Source: a virus. Taken from it: a stretch of 64,000 nt of DNA. Made by a program: the position numbers and the translations under genes. Below, piece by piece: positions 26,290-36,300 of this stretch. The stretch's first letter is position 1. Each line of letters begins with the position of its first letter. Below the pieces are notes generated by a model. It was not told the origin of the DNA. It did no database searches and saw only the letters and a program-made list of their open reading frames with translations. The DNA is taken from positions 32,001-96,000 of IMG/VR virus record IMGVR_UViG_3300043540_000091. One strand, given 5' to 3'.

Positions 26290-27477
26290 CTACTCCTCGT
26301 TTCTGATGCGAAGTCCAACAGGGAAGCGAGGTACGCCGTTAGCGCCGGTGAGTCCTTGGAACTGCACTGTCAACAGTTTGTTCTTCCATAGAGACTCATC
26401 CTCGAACAGCTTGCGAAGATTGTCGAGCGAGCCCGACATCTTAGCCTTGAACTCATGACCTTCCTTGGTGCGGCACAGTAAGGCACCTACGTGCCCTTGG
26501 AGCTTGCCGCGACCTTCTTCGATGCCGGTGATCTGGAACTCAGCATCCTCGAACTCCTTCATCTTCTGGAGGTCGTACGAACGCTTATTCTGCGCGTACA
26601 GGCCAGCGCCGTTGCGCAGCATGACGCCCTCGTATCCTGCGGCGCGGAGCTGCGTGAACAGTACTGTGACTTCGGTCTCGTCGTTCGCCAACTGCGTGGC
26701 TACTGGGACGATCACGTTGAAGTCAACCTGCGACAAGGAAGAGAACAGCTCATCGTTACGATCGGCGAACGGTTTGTCAGTAACCATGTCGTAGACGTGA
26801 TACTGAACATTCTCATGACCAGGAGCGGGAACTTCCTGTCTAATCAAGGACGCAAGCTCCTCGAAGTTGTTGTGATAGCTGTGATTGTACAGCTCGCCAT
26901 CCAGGATGATGTCCGTGAAGTTGGCTTCCAGCTCCACGATGATGTGGGGTACGGAAGTGATGGGCTTGCGAGTGCGAGACCACAGAGTGGCCTTGCCGTT
27001 CTTCACGATGGCGATGCAGCGATGGCCGTCAAGCTTCGGCTGAACGTAGCAGGGCCAAGCGATCTTCTTCGCGTGCTTGGAGAACGACTGGGCCAGCATC
27101 GGGAACAGTCCACCGGCCACGAAGTCAGAGTCAACTTCCTGTGCGCGAGCGGCCTCTTCCGACTCGACGTACCCTTCCTTCTTCTGCTTCTCCCACTTGG
27201 ACTTAGCTTCCTTGACGGCCTGTTCGAAGGCGGTCGTCGCGTTGCGTTTGCCGAGGTTCTTGCCTTCAAGAACGGTGTCGGAAGTGCGCTGAGGGCTCGT
27301 GGTTCCAACCTGTCCGTACATGGTGACGATCTCGCCGACCTTGTTGCCGTTCGGATACGTCTTCTCTTGAACGAAGATGTCCCAGTACTGGATCGCGCCA
27401 GTGTTGGTCTTCTTGAAGAGTCGAGAGAACTTGTTGACGTTCAATCGCTCGCTGAATGTGCTTTGTACCATGTTCAT
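26290..27477 (-). CDS. ATP-dependent DNA ligase with N-terminal WGR-like domain
   Basis: QPKLDG (motif I), LDGELY, YDM, EGVMLR, KMK, PRFP. Confidence 0.93.
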   Translation of the reverse strand: MNMVQSTFSERLNVNKFSRLFKKTNTGAIQYWDIFVQEKTYPNGNKVGEIVTMYGQVGTTSPQRTSDTVLEGKNLGKRNATTAFEQAVKEAKSKWEKQKKEGYVESEEAARAQEVDSDFVAGGLFPMLAQSFSKHAKKIAWPCYVQPKLDGHRCIAIVKNGKATLWSRTRKPITSVPHIIVELEANFTDIILDGELYNHSYHNNFEELASLIRQEVPAPGHENVQYHVYDMVTDKPFADRNDELFSSLSQVDFNVIVPVATQLANDETEVTVLFTQLRAAGYEGVMLRNGAGLYAQNKRSYDLQKMKEFEDAEFQITGIEEGRGKLQGHVGALLCRTKEGHEFKAKMSGSLDNLRKLFEDESLWKNKLLTVQFQGLTGANGVPRFPVGLRIRNEE

Positions 27478-27905
27478 TACTGCTTCTCCTTCGTGGCGTA
27501 CACCTTTTCGTATGACTCGTCGATCTCGCTCTCGATCTGGTCAAGGTCGTCTCTTCCAAGACCTCTGATGGACGTCACGGTGTATGCGACCGCGAAGAGG
27601 CACTTCTTGTCGTCCGGTTTACAGAAGCCCTTGCCCTGCAGCTCGTTCGGAAGTGTTTCTTCCAGAATCTGAAGGCATACCATGCCGCGAGTCATCGCGA
27701 GAGCTTGTCCCATCTGCTGGTCCTTTACGCCTGCAGCCGTGCAGCCGCTGGCCATCGTAGTGACGATCAGCGCGTGCTGAGCTTCCTTCACCGCGATCTT
27801 CTCGACCAAGGTAGGCGGACGATTGACGTACGCCACGACTCCCAGAATAACCACCGCCAAAGCGGTCACGGCCAACATCATGGCGTATTTCAAGATCTTA
27901 TTCAC
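27477..27905 (-). CDS. membrane-anchored hypothetical protein
   Basis: GGAGG RBS, N-terminal TM helix, four Cys. Confidence 0.7.
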   Translation of the reverse strand: MNKILKYAMMLAVTALAVVILGVVAYVNRPPTLVEKIAVKEAQHALIVTTMASGCTAAGVKDQQMGQALAMTRGMVCLQILEETLPNELQGKGFCKPDDKKCLFAVAYTVTSIRGLGRDDLDQIESEIDESYEKVYATKEKQ

Positions 27906-27942
27906 CTATTCCTCCAAGGTTACATGTATCATACCCAAAATT

Positions 27943-28287
27943 CTACGATCGACGCAAGAGACCTGCATCGTTCGGATTCGCACCGCGAAGCGCTGTGGAT
28001 GAACCCTCTTCCTTCAAGATCCCCATCCGGCGCAGAGTCTGACGCTCGAACTGCGTGTGCCTGCCGATGTAGTTTACCTTGCGCTCAAGTCTCTGTAGGG
28101 TGTCGTTCAGTTCGTTCACTCGAACCAAGGTCGCATGCTGCGTGTCAGATCCGAAGAACTGACGAATGCGAGGGAGAAGCGTCGCGCGGTTCCGGTAGAT
28201 GTAGACGGCTGCGGCCATCTCACCGACGATGAATGCGCCTACCAAGATACCACCTAAGAGAGCGAGTGCGTTGAGTAACATTTCCAT
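27943..28287 (-). CDS. membrane-anchored hypothetical protein
   Basis: GGAGG RBS, N-terminal TM helix, coiled coil. Confidence 0.7.
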   Translation of the reverse strand: MEMLLNALALLGGILVGAFIVGEMAAAVYIYRNRATLLPRIRQFFGSDTQHATLVRVNELNDTLQRLERKVNYIGRHTQFERQTLRRMGILKEEGSSTALRGANPNDAGLLRRS

Positions 28288-28328
28288 ATGGACCTCCGTT
28301 TCATACCAATATACTGGACCGAGATCCG

Positions 28329-28580
28329 TTAGTCAACTGAAGATTGCTTTGTCCCAGAACGAGACACAGCCTGCTCGAATATGTCGAAGAATAGCTCATG
28401 GTCAAACACCACGAACATCAGAATGTCAATGACCTGTTCCTTGGTCAGAGTTTGAAGGGCCTGCTCTGCAGCCAGTTCCAGCCCTGACTTCATGGCCTCG
28501 ACCGAAGCAGATCGGTCCGCGCGGCTGGTCAGGTTCAAGATCTCTTCCGTGAATCTTACGACCGCGTCTTCTCTACTCAT
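28329..28580 (-). CDS. hypothetical protein
   Basis: 83 aa, ATGA-coupled to CYTH gene. Confidence 0.6.
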   Translation of the reverse strand: MSREDAVVRFTEEILNLTSRADRSASVEAMKSGLELAAEQALQTLTKEQVIDILMFVVFDHELFFDIFEQAVSRSGTKQSSVD

Positions 28581-29185
28581 CTGGCCGCCATGTTGTAGCG
28601 CTTGCCAGAGTAGATCTCGTAGAGCGACTCGTTCTCGATGTCCTTGTTGGTGATGCCGAACTCATCGTACATCCACTTCTTCCAGCGGCCAAGGATCTTG
28701 AGAGAGTCCGCAACGGGAGCCTCGTGGACCTCGACCTCGAGGAAGTCGCGCGTGGGCGCTCCGTCGACCGTCACGCGATACCAGACCACGTCGACGATAT
28801 ACCTGCCTTCCTGGATGAAGTATATGTCGCAGTCCTTGTGAATCGGTAGGATCTTGGTTATACCAAGCTCTCGCATGAAGTCCTGGACCTGGATCGGAGA
28901 CGTTTCCTTGGCGAGCTTGAGGTTGATCTCGCGGCGGCGCGTGGTGGACTTCTTGGACAGGCGAGCCTTGATGGTCAGCTCGTTGGTCGTAGATCCGTGG
29001 CGATGGCGCGGGACGCCGCGATTCGATTTGTAGTAGTAGTCGAAGCCAGCCACGGTCAGCTTGCGGAACTTCTTGCCTCGAACGTACTTGCGGATCGCCT
29101 TGTTGAAGTCAGAACGCTCGACCGGCTTGTCCAGCTCGGTCGAGTAGCCGCTCCACTTGATCTCGATCTCTTCGTTCTTGGCCAC
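28577..29185 (-). CDS. CYTH-domain protein (class IV adenylyl cyclase / triphosphatase superfamily)
   Basis: EIEIK, DYYY, RHR, ELTIK, RREINL, FLEVEV. Confidence 0.85.
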   Translation of the reverse strand: MAKNEEIEIKWSGYSTELDKPVERSDFNKAIRKYVRGKKFRKLTVAGFDYYYKSNRGVPRHRHGSTTNELTIKARLSKKSTTRRREINLKLAKETSPIQVQDFMRELGITKILPIHKDCDIYFIQEGRYIVDVVWYRVTVDGAPTRDFLEVEVHEAPVADSLKILGRWKKWMYDEFGITNKDIENESLYEIYSGKRYNMAAR

Positions 29186-29499
29186 TATCCAGCCTTGTCC
29201 GGTACGGGCATCGCGAGGAACGCGTTGATGACCTCAGGAGTGCTGTTGCGTAGCTCGCGGACCGTGCGGCGAAGCACGTTCATGGCCTGCAGCATCTCGA
29301 CGTCGAAGAGCTTGGGTTCCATCTTGCCGGTGTCAGGGTTCTTCTCCATGATCACGCCGCCCTTGCCGTCCTTTTTCATGAACTTCTTGAAGACTCCGGT
29401 GCCGGTGAAGGTGATCTCATCCTTCACGCCCATCTCCGTCAGCTTCTTGGTGAGGAGTCTCGAGATTCGCTTCTGTTCCTTCTTCGATAAGTACGACAT
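29185..29499 (-). CDS. hypothetical protein
   Basis: ATG 29499 after AGGAGG, within ORF 29185..29619. Confidence 0.7.
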   Translation of the reverse strand: MSYLSKKEQKRISRLLTKKLTEMGVKDEITFTGTGVFKKFMKKDGKGGVIMEKNPDTGKMEPKLFDVEMLQAMNVLRRTVRELRNSTPEVINAFLAMPVPDKAG

Positions 29500-29517
29500 G
29501 GTACCTCCTGTCTCGGT

Positions 29518-29581
29518 ATTATACGCCAAAACGACTTTCTTGCAAGTAGGTGTTGACACTGGACCAAGGTCGTGAGAAGAT
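29518..29581. promoter_or_regulatory. divergent sigma70-like promoters
   Basis: Minus: TTGCAA-N16-TATAAT (29545-29518); plus: TTGACA-N17-GAAGAT (29553-29581). Confidence 0.55.
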
Positions 29582-29600
29582 GGCCTGACTGGAGGTTCAT

Positions 29601-29921
29601 ATGAAGTTTGGAGAAGCACTTGACATGGCGATGCAGATCGTGGACGACGTCTTGAATACTCCTGGCTACGGCCAGCAGCGTCTAGCGATGACGCTCGAGA
29701 ACAAGCCCATCATCGACGAGCTTGTCGCCGCCGCTGAGAGCAATCCGTTCCTGGAATGGTTTGCAATGGGAACTGTGGATACGACGAACGGATACTTCGT
29801 GATCCGCGCCAAGTACATGAGCGTCAACGACTTTCACTTCCCGTCAGATCCTGATCCGGTGCCGGATAACGTGATCCACGTTGACTTCCGCGCACGCCGC
29901 CGCGTGAAGAGAGCCGCCTAG
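29601..29921 (+). CDS. hypothetical protein
   Basis: GGAGG RBS; lone plus-strand gene; C-terminal NVIHVDF motif. Confidence 0.7.
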   Translation: MKFGEALDMAMQIVDDVLNTPGYGQQRLAMTLENKPIIDELVAAAESNPFLEWFAMGTVDTTNGYFVIRAKYMSVNDFHFPSDPDPVPDNVIHVDFRARRRVKRAA

Positions 29922-29953
29922 AAAAGCGAAAGGCCCAGTTTCCTGAGCCTTTC
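29921..29953. terminator. terminator after major capsid gene (likely bidirectional)
   Basis: GAAAGGC...GCCTTTC hairpin between convergent stops, T-run on the minus strand. Confidence 0.7.
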
Positions 29954-29981
29954 ATCAAGATCCTTACTTTTAATCGACGAC

Positions 29982-31373
29982 TTAGAACAAGTTGTCGACG
30001 ATGACGTTCTTGCGGGGTTGGTAACCGGCAAGAGTCCGGAAGCAGAAGTGAGCTTCCGGAACGCTGAGATCCGAGATAGCCAGCTTCATGCGGCTGTACG
30101 GAGCCAGTTCGTGGAATCCCCAGCAATCCTTCTGGATGAGGTATCCAGTCACGAAGGCCGGAGCCTTGTTGCCGAGGTCAGTGAACACAACCGAGGCAGC
30201 GCCGTTCGCAGCCATGCGACCGATGTACTTGGCGTTGGTAGCCGAGATACCGCGATACACGTTGTAGTGAGTAGCACCGGCCACGCCAGCGATCGTCAAG
30301 GAGACGTGCTGACCGGAGGTCACAGCCACGCCAGCCGAAGCGACTGCCACGCCTTCCGAGCGTTCGTTCTCAGCCGTCACCAGGTACACATAGGTACCGG
30401 CGGGGATCAAGGCACCAGTGCCGGACGCTGCGCCAGTGGCGGAAGCGGGAGCGGCGGGAGCGCCGATGATCGGGCGGAGAGGAGCGGTCTTACCAGAGAG
30501 GAAGCGGCTGTCTTCGATGCCGACAGTGCCGTTCGATACCCATTGGCGGCGGAGGTCCGCGCCGGAGGCATCTTGAGCCGAACCTGCCAACACGATGCGC
30601 TGGATGCTGTTAGCACCAGAACCGAGGGCGAAGGCTTTGTTGTAACCCGACAAGATCGTCGGATCAACGAACAAGGTCTCAGCCTTACCCATGTTCATGC
30701 GGCTACGGAGAGCGGCATCTTCGATGATGGGCTGGTCAAGGGCACCGTTCTTCGACAGAACAACCGACTGATTGCTGCCGTACGAAGCGAACATGAGGTC
30801 CTGAGTCGACACCAAGATGTCCGACATACGGACTTGAGCGTCAACGCCGAGGATGTTCGGCAACTCGGGCATGGTCGCGGGGTTACCGTCGAACACACCG
30901 TTGTTCGAGAAGTCGGCCTTACCTTTGAAGGAGTCGAACTCGATGTCCGCGCTCAACTTGATCGCGGCGTTATCGGCCTCACGATCTTCAGCCTTTTTGC
31001 CGTCGATGGTCTCAACCATGTTGGCGGCCACAGTCACGCGTTCAACGCAGCTGTAGAAGCACATGGGGACCGTCGCACGGATATAGTCGCCGACGTTCAG
31101 ATCGCCAACCGCGCCTTCGCGCTGAGCCGATCCGCCGAAGCGTCCATAAGACAGCTGACGGTTGAACTGAACCAGGAGGGACTTCGCCTTCTTGACGCCA
31201 AACAGCTTCTGCAGCTTGATGTGGCTGTCGTCGAAGGTGACGTTCTGCATCACCGGCTCGAGGTTCTCGATCTGCAATGCAGATCCTTGGACCAACTGCG
31301 AGGGAGCTACGTTGTAGTTGCCAGCCTCGAGTGTTTTCACCAGACTCTCAAGAGTCTTGACGAGATCGTTCAT
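29982..31373 (-). CDS. major capsid protein (SPO1/Herelleviridae type) with inserted Ig/FN3-like domain
   Basis: KTLEAG..V.P..L..GSALQIENLE; IEFDSFKG; GTYVYLVTAEN...YNVYRG; ELAPYSRMKLA; follows scaffold gene. Confidence 0.92.
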   Translation of the reverse strand: MNDLVKTLESLVKTLEAGNYNVAPSQLVQGSALQIENLEPVMQNVTFDDSHIKLQKLFGVKKAKSLLVQFNRQLSYGRFGGSAQREGAVGDLNVGDYIRATVPMCFYSCVERVTVAANMVETIDGKKAEDREADNAAIKLSADIEFDSFKGKADFSNNGVFDGNPATMPELPNILGVDAQVRMSDILVSTQDLMFASYGSNQSVVLSKNGALDQPIIEDAALRSRMNMGKAETLFVDPTILSGYNKAFALGSGANSIQRIVLAGSAQDASGADLRRQWVSNGTVGIEDSRFLSGKTAPLRPIIGAPAAPASATGAASGTGALIPAGTYVYLVTAENERSEGVAVASAGVAVTSGQHVSLTIAGVAGATHYNVYRGISATNAKYIGRMAANGAASVVFTDLGNKAPAFVTGYLIQKDCWGFHELAPYSRMKLAISDLSVPEAHFCFRTLAGYQPRKNVIVDNLF

Positions 31374-31374
31374 T

Positions 31375-32223
31375 TTACTTTCCCCCTTTGGAGTGTATTA
31401 GCTTCTCGATATCACCGTGTCCTTCACCAGTGATGAAGAACTTATTTACCAGTTCACGTTCGCTCTTTTCGAGCTTGGTCATCGGGATCTTGCGAAGAGC
31501 ATCCTTAGCCTGTTGCGCAGTCATCGCCTTAACTTCACCGCCATTGCTGGCCGGAGCGTCAAGCTCAGATTTCTGGATCACCTGGATGTCAGTGATCGAC
31601 TTGCGCGAGGGCTTCGTCAAGACCTCGAAGGCCTTCACGATCTGCTCGTTGGCTTGCACCAGCTCACCAACTTGCTTCTTCAACGCTTCAATCTCAACGT
31701 CCTTTTCGGACTTGCCCATCTCAGCCGGAGCTGCGGCGGGTTCTGCAGCGGGTTCTGCGGCAGGAGCCGGAGCTGCGTCAGCAGCGCCTTCATCCTGTGC
31801 ATACGATGCTTGCAGGGCCTGACGGAGGATCGAGTAATGACGCTCGAGTTCTTCCGGAGGCATGCTTGAATAGATCTGCGACAGTTCTTCATCAGAAAGA
31901 GGAGCATCTTCTGCGCCAGCTTCCTGTTCAAGAGCCTGATCGCCTTCTGCGGCAGGAGCAGCATCGGCAGCGGGAGCGGCAGGAGCAGCATCGGCAGCGG
32001 GAGCGGCATCAGCGGCAGGAGCAGCGTCAGCGGCAGGCGCGGCGTCAGCTGCAGGTGCAGCTTCAGCGGGAGGTGCGTCCTGAGCAGGTGCAGCGTCGGC
32101 ATCCTTATCCTTGCCTTCTTCGTCCTTCTTCAAGGGCGCAGATTTAGCAAGAACGTCCGCCTTGGCGAGAGCTTCGTCTACCGAGGCGAGTAGGTTGTCG
32201 ACGTCCTGATCAGTCCAGTTCAT
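31375..32223 (-). CDS. capsid scaffolding protein
   Basis: Acidic, Ala/Pro-rich, coiled coil, immediately upstream of MCP; multiple xKS motifs. Confidence 0.75.
   Translation of the reverse strand: MNWTDQDVDNLLASVDEALAKADVLAKSAPLKKDEEGKDKDADAAPAQDAPPAEAAPAADAAPAADAAPAADAAPAADAAPAAPAADAAPAAEGDQALEQEAGAEDAPLSDEELSQIYSSMPPEELERHYSILRQALQASYAQDEGAADAAPAPAAEPAAEPAAAPAEMGKSEKDVEIEALKKQVGELVQANEQIVKAFEVLTKPSRKSITDIQVIQKSELDAPASNGGEVKAMTAQQAKDALRKIPMTKLEKSERELVNKFFITGEGHGDIEKLIHSKGGK
31945..32100 (-). repeat. 18-bp degenerate tandem repeat encoding (AAPAAD)n
   Basis: AAPAADAAPAADAAPAADAAPAADAAPAAPAADAAPAAE. Confidence 0.85.
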
Positions 32224-32252
32224 GTTCCACCCTTCCTTTCACCAGAGTCCGA

Positions 32253-32702
32253 TTACTGGCTCTGAGTGAGAGGATTGATTTCGTTGCTGCGGATCGTAGC
32301 AACGGTGTTCGGAGCAGCGGCGTAAGCAACATCGTGACCAGCAGCCGAAGCAGGCAAGTTTGCCTTGACGTCCGACTTGATGATCATCTTCATGCCCAAC
32401 TTGCTCATCGCAGCGGCCATGCGAGCTTTCAACTCAGCCGAAGCATCGGTCGTTTGGTCGCTGTCTTGCAGCAACTGAGCGATGTGAGGGCTGTATGAAG
32501 CCTGGGCAAGGCCCAAACCATCGACACGACCGGCGTTGCCGTCAGTCACGATCTTAGCCGAAGCGATCTCGGTGCTCGAAACAATGAGAAGCATCGGGAA
32601 GCCGTTGGCGTCCTGTGCATCCGAGATAGTAGCACTCGGAAGCTGGAGCTGAAGTCGTTGCTTCAGTTCTATCATAGTGGCCTGAGCCTTGAATACAGAC
32701 AT
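32253..32702 (-). CDS. putative head protein (highly expressed late gene)
   Basis: Strong AGGAGG RBS, first gene of the scaffold-MCP unit. Confidence 0.7.
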   Translation of the reverse strand: MSVFKAQATMIELKQRLQLQLPSATISDAQDANGFPMLLIVSSTEIASAKIVTDGNAGRVDGLGLAQASYSPHIAQLLQDSDQTTDASAELKARMAAAMSKLGMKMIIKSDVKANLPASAAGHDVAYAAAPNTVATIRSNEINPLTQSQ

Positions 32703-32709
32703 TGCATGT

Positions 32710-32877
32710 CCTCCTAGTAGGTTTGTTCACACGCACAAATGCAACTTATCCATTAGGTAAGTTGGACCTGGACTTAGTTGACCAAATTGATTAACTTATT
32801 GAATTGGTTAAGGAAAAGATTTTTAAGAAACCTATGTTAAAACAGGCCTTTATGACATCAACTGTGATTTTCTTTAA
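32710..32877 (-). promoter_or_regulatory. AT-rich intergenic region upstream of the capsid operon
   Basis: About 170 bp, markedly AT-rich; late-motif variants CCTAATGG (32750-32757) and AAAATCTT (about 32816-32823). Confidence 0.5.
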
Positions 32878-33333
32878 TTAAAACGAGTACTTAGTGTACT
32901 TTAGGCATACGCCCTTGGATGCGACAGGCGCATTACCAAAGACTATATGAGAGGAGGCACCGTTCGACTTCTCGATCGAAGCTTCCACGGCCTTGAGACC
33001 GCGCTTCTTGGCCCATGACATGGCCGCATCCTTGACCTTGCGATCGACGGAACCGCCGAAGTCCATGCGGATCAGACCATTGTCATATACTGAGGTCATC
33101 ACTTCGTTCTTCTTAAGCTCGCGGACGGCGCGGAAGTGATTTATGGCCTTGTGGACTGTGTCCTTGACCTGCTGTTGCTGCGCGACTACCGGCGTATGGC
33201 GGCCAAACTGCTTCAACCACTTGTAAAAACGATATCGCAACTTCGGAGGAAGCATCTTTTCCAGCTTGGAGAACGCGATGTCATGCGTCAGCTCGGCGGA
33301 AAGGGTATCTACGTCTATCTTGCTCATACTCAT
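32878..33333 (-). CDS. hypothetical virion-region protein
   Basis: 151 aa (alternative start 33327), preceded by CCTAATCT. Confidence 0.7.
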   Translation of the reverse strand: MSMSKIDVDTLSAELTHDIAFSKLEKMLPPKLRYRFYKWLKQFGRHTPVVAQQQQVKDTVHKAINHFRAVRELKKNEVMTSVYDNGLIRMDFGGSVDRKVKDAAMSWAKKRGLKAVEASIEKSNGASSHIVFGNAPVASKGVCLKYTKYSF

Positions 33334-36300
33334 CTTAGATTAGGTTTCTTCTTGCGCTTAGGACGTTGGTCCGGCGCGTTCAGTTTAAGAACCCAGCACT
33401 TCGTCGACAGCTTGCTTGCGTTGAGTTCGCCAAGCAGACTGCTCGAGTAACGAGGGTAGTCGGTATAGTCGCACTCCTCGAACCCATACTTGCGCGGACC
33501 TTCTTCGTAGATCTTACGGAAGCCCGACATCTTAGCCTTGGTATTCTTGTTGTCCCAGAACTCACGATTATAGTCCGAGTTGGACAAGTAACCTCTCAGC
33601 TCAGCTCCATGCATGTACAGATTCTTGATGCCATGCGCCTTGGCGTTCTCGATGACTGCCTGCATAGATGCGTCGGCCCAGTCGTCCAGGTGCCGCGCGA
33701 TCGTCTTCGAGTATTGCTTCATCTCATCCGCAGTGATGTGTTGTCCGTTGATGTGAGAACCCTCCGGCATCGACTCGATCAAGGCGTTCAGGTTTGACCG
33801 GAACTTCTGGGCAAAGTCAGACTGATATTCTTCAACAACCCAAGATCCCTTGTCCTGATCGGTATCGACGCGTGACCAGGATACGAGGTGAGGAGTCGTC
33901 GGATGGAGGCCGATCGAGTTCTCGGCGGCGTCCACTCCGTTGGCGTCCATGAGAAGGTGCTGATACAAGGCCCACAGCTTGGGGTCTTTCGACAGCTCGC
34001 GTTCCTTCTCCTCGGAGTTGTTGACTTGAACGACGAGGTTTGGCTTCTGATCTTCGCCGCGATGACGTTGAAGTGGAGACTTCCAGTCGGAGAACGTGAT
34101 GTGGTACTTGGACGCGTTGTCGTCGAGCTGACGAGCTGCTTCAACGAAGCGCTCCGGCATGACCGGCTTATTGTTCGCGGCCATGAAGACGTCCTTGACA
34201 GACTTAGGAAGGTTCTTCTCCTGCTGAGGATACTTTCGCTTGAACTCAACCCAAGACATACCTTCTGCCGGTATGAATCCCATCACTTCGCGCATCTTCT
34301 CGTAGTCACCGCTCTTGACGTTCAGAGTCTTGACTGCCAAAGAGCCATCCACGTTCGGAACATCCTTTGGAGTTACGACCGGCTGAGCCCTGAACAGCTT
34401 ACCACCGTGAGTGGGGTTCACGAAGGCTGGATTGAACGGAGCTTCGTGCGTTATGTACGCGCCGTACTCCTTCTCAGACTGGCTCATGACCTTGGCCAGC
34501 CGCGCTTCGCTGATGTTCGGATGCTTGAGAAGTTGAGACGACAGTCCCATGCCTATGGATTCGCTGAATCTCGCATGGTTTGCCTGAGCGTTGGTGGATA
34601 CTTGATCCGCTATGCGATCTACAGACGACTGAGGTACGCTCGGGTTTTCTAGCATCTTGTTCATCGCCGCTTCCATAGCTTCCGGATTGGTGACGAACAT
34701 GGCACAGACTCTGCCTGAGACCTCTTCGTTGATGTGAGGAGATCTGATCACCGGTTCGAGGCGATTAGCGATGTTTGAGCCTTCGTATGATCCAGAATCT
34801 TTGCTGATTGCGAACAGGTCGGTTCCCATGATCTTCTTGTGATCACGGACGTACATCTTCAACGTCTCTTCTCCGCCAGCTCCGTTGGTAACAGCTTCCT
34901 TGAAGAGACTCTGAGCGATGGAGTGATCCTTCGTTCCTACCATGATGTCCTGTACGTCGCCGCGAGTCATGTGTCGTGCCATGGACTTTATGGCAGTCTT
35001 CATGCTGTTCTGGTAGGCATCGCCCTGGACCTTGCCGTCGACATGCATCCGCACGTACATGTCCATGAGTTGCTTGCCGTAGGCAGCACGGTCGTCGCTG
35101 CTCATCTTGTTCATCCACTGCGAAGATTCGACCATGAAGGCTTGGTGCATCGAGCCTTCACCTGTCTTGGAATCTTCGATGCCGCGCAGATCGACGCTTG
35201 CAAGAGCTTCCTTAGGGATGGAGGATCTCTTCGAGAGAGCGAACATGGCGTCGGGACGAGACTGAAACATGGACTTCCAGTCCTGATCCTCGAGCTGTTC
35301 GGCCTTGGATACGATGTTGGTCAGGATACCAAAGGTCTCTTCTGGCGCGGTGAGTTTCTTGCCTGCCGCTTCGTCGAGAGAATGGAACTCCTTGAGCATG
35401 TCGAACGTCTTCATCGCTTGGTTTCTGCCAAGCTTGATGTTGGCCGAAGCTATGTTCTCGGCGATACCCTTTATAGCTTGATGATTGTACCTGACGCTAT
35501 CTCCGTATCCAAGCTTAGCTGTCTCATCTCTGAGAGATGCGGCTATCTTCTGGACACTTTCGTGTATCACGTCGACCATCTGGTCGATCTTCTCGAGCTT
35601 ACCTCCTACTCCAGACAGATCAGACGTAAACGTCGAGTTGGCCACGACGTTCGAGAAGATCTTGAGCTTGTTCAAGATAGCTTCACGGTGCTCCATTCCT
35701 AAGTGAGGAGCGCCAGGTGCAGCAAGGTTCGGATCTTTGAGCAGATCTTGGACGGAGTTCAGCCGAGAATGGGCCACGTCTACGAGATTGCCTTCCAAGG
35801 CGTTATACACGCTCTCGGCGACGTCTCGGAACTCGGCGTCAGTCAGTGATCTTCCAAGCTTAACCGAGTCTTCCATCTGAACGTACTTGTTCTTGTTCAG
35901 AGTGATCATCAGTTGAGCGTTTCCTTCAGGCAACGGAGTAGTCATGGCCCTTGAGACCAAGATAGAAGCGTTGTTGCCGGTTAGCTTCGACGCGTTCTTT
36001 GCCAACATCTCAAGCTTAACGCCGGACTGAGCCATCTCCATGAACCTGGGATTGTTGACGATGGACGACATGTTCAGTGGATTGAACTGATTGTATGCAG
36101 CCCTATCATTCGGGAGAGAGGCTAGCAGATCGATCGACCTTTCCTCGTCCGTATGAGACTGCGCCACGGCCATCTTGTACAAGAGACTGTTCGCGTGAAG
36201 AGCTACCGCTGGGTTAAGGGCGGCCTTCTTGGTGTAATTCACCACGAAGTCGTTCTTGACCTTATCTTCTTCAGACGAAGTCGTGGAAGCGTTGAACGTG

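Noticed and set aside
26491-27672. 393-aa plus-strand ORF antisense to DNA ligase (and similar long antisense ORFs over sheath, terL, dnaB, groEL)
   Set aside because: They overlap well-supported genes on the opposite strand and have no protein-family signal.
30018-31433. 471-aa plus-strand ORF antisense to the major capsid gene
   Set aside because: Shadow ORF caused by codon bias of the real gene; no RBS or recognisable motifs.
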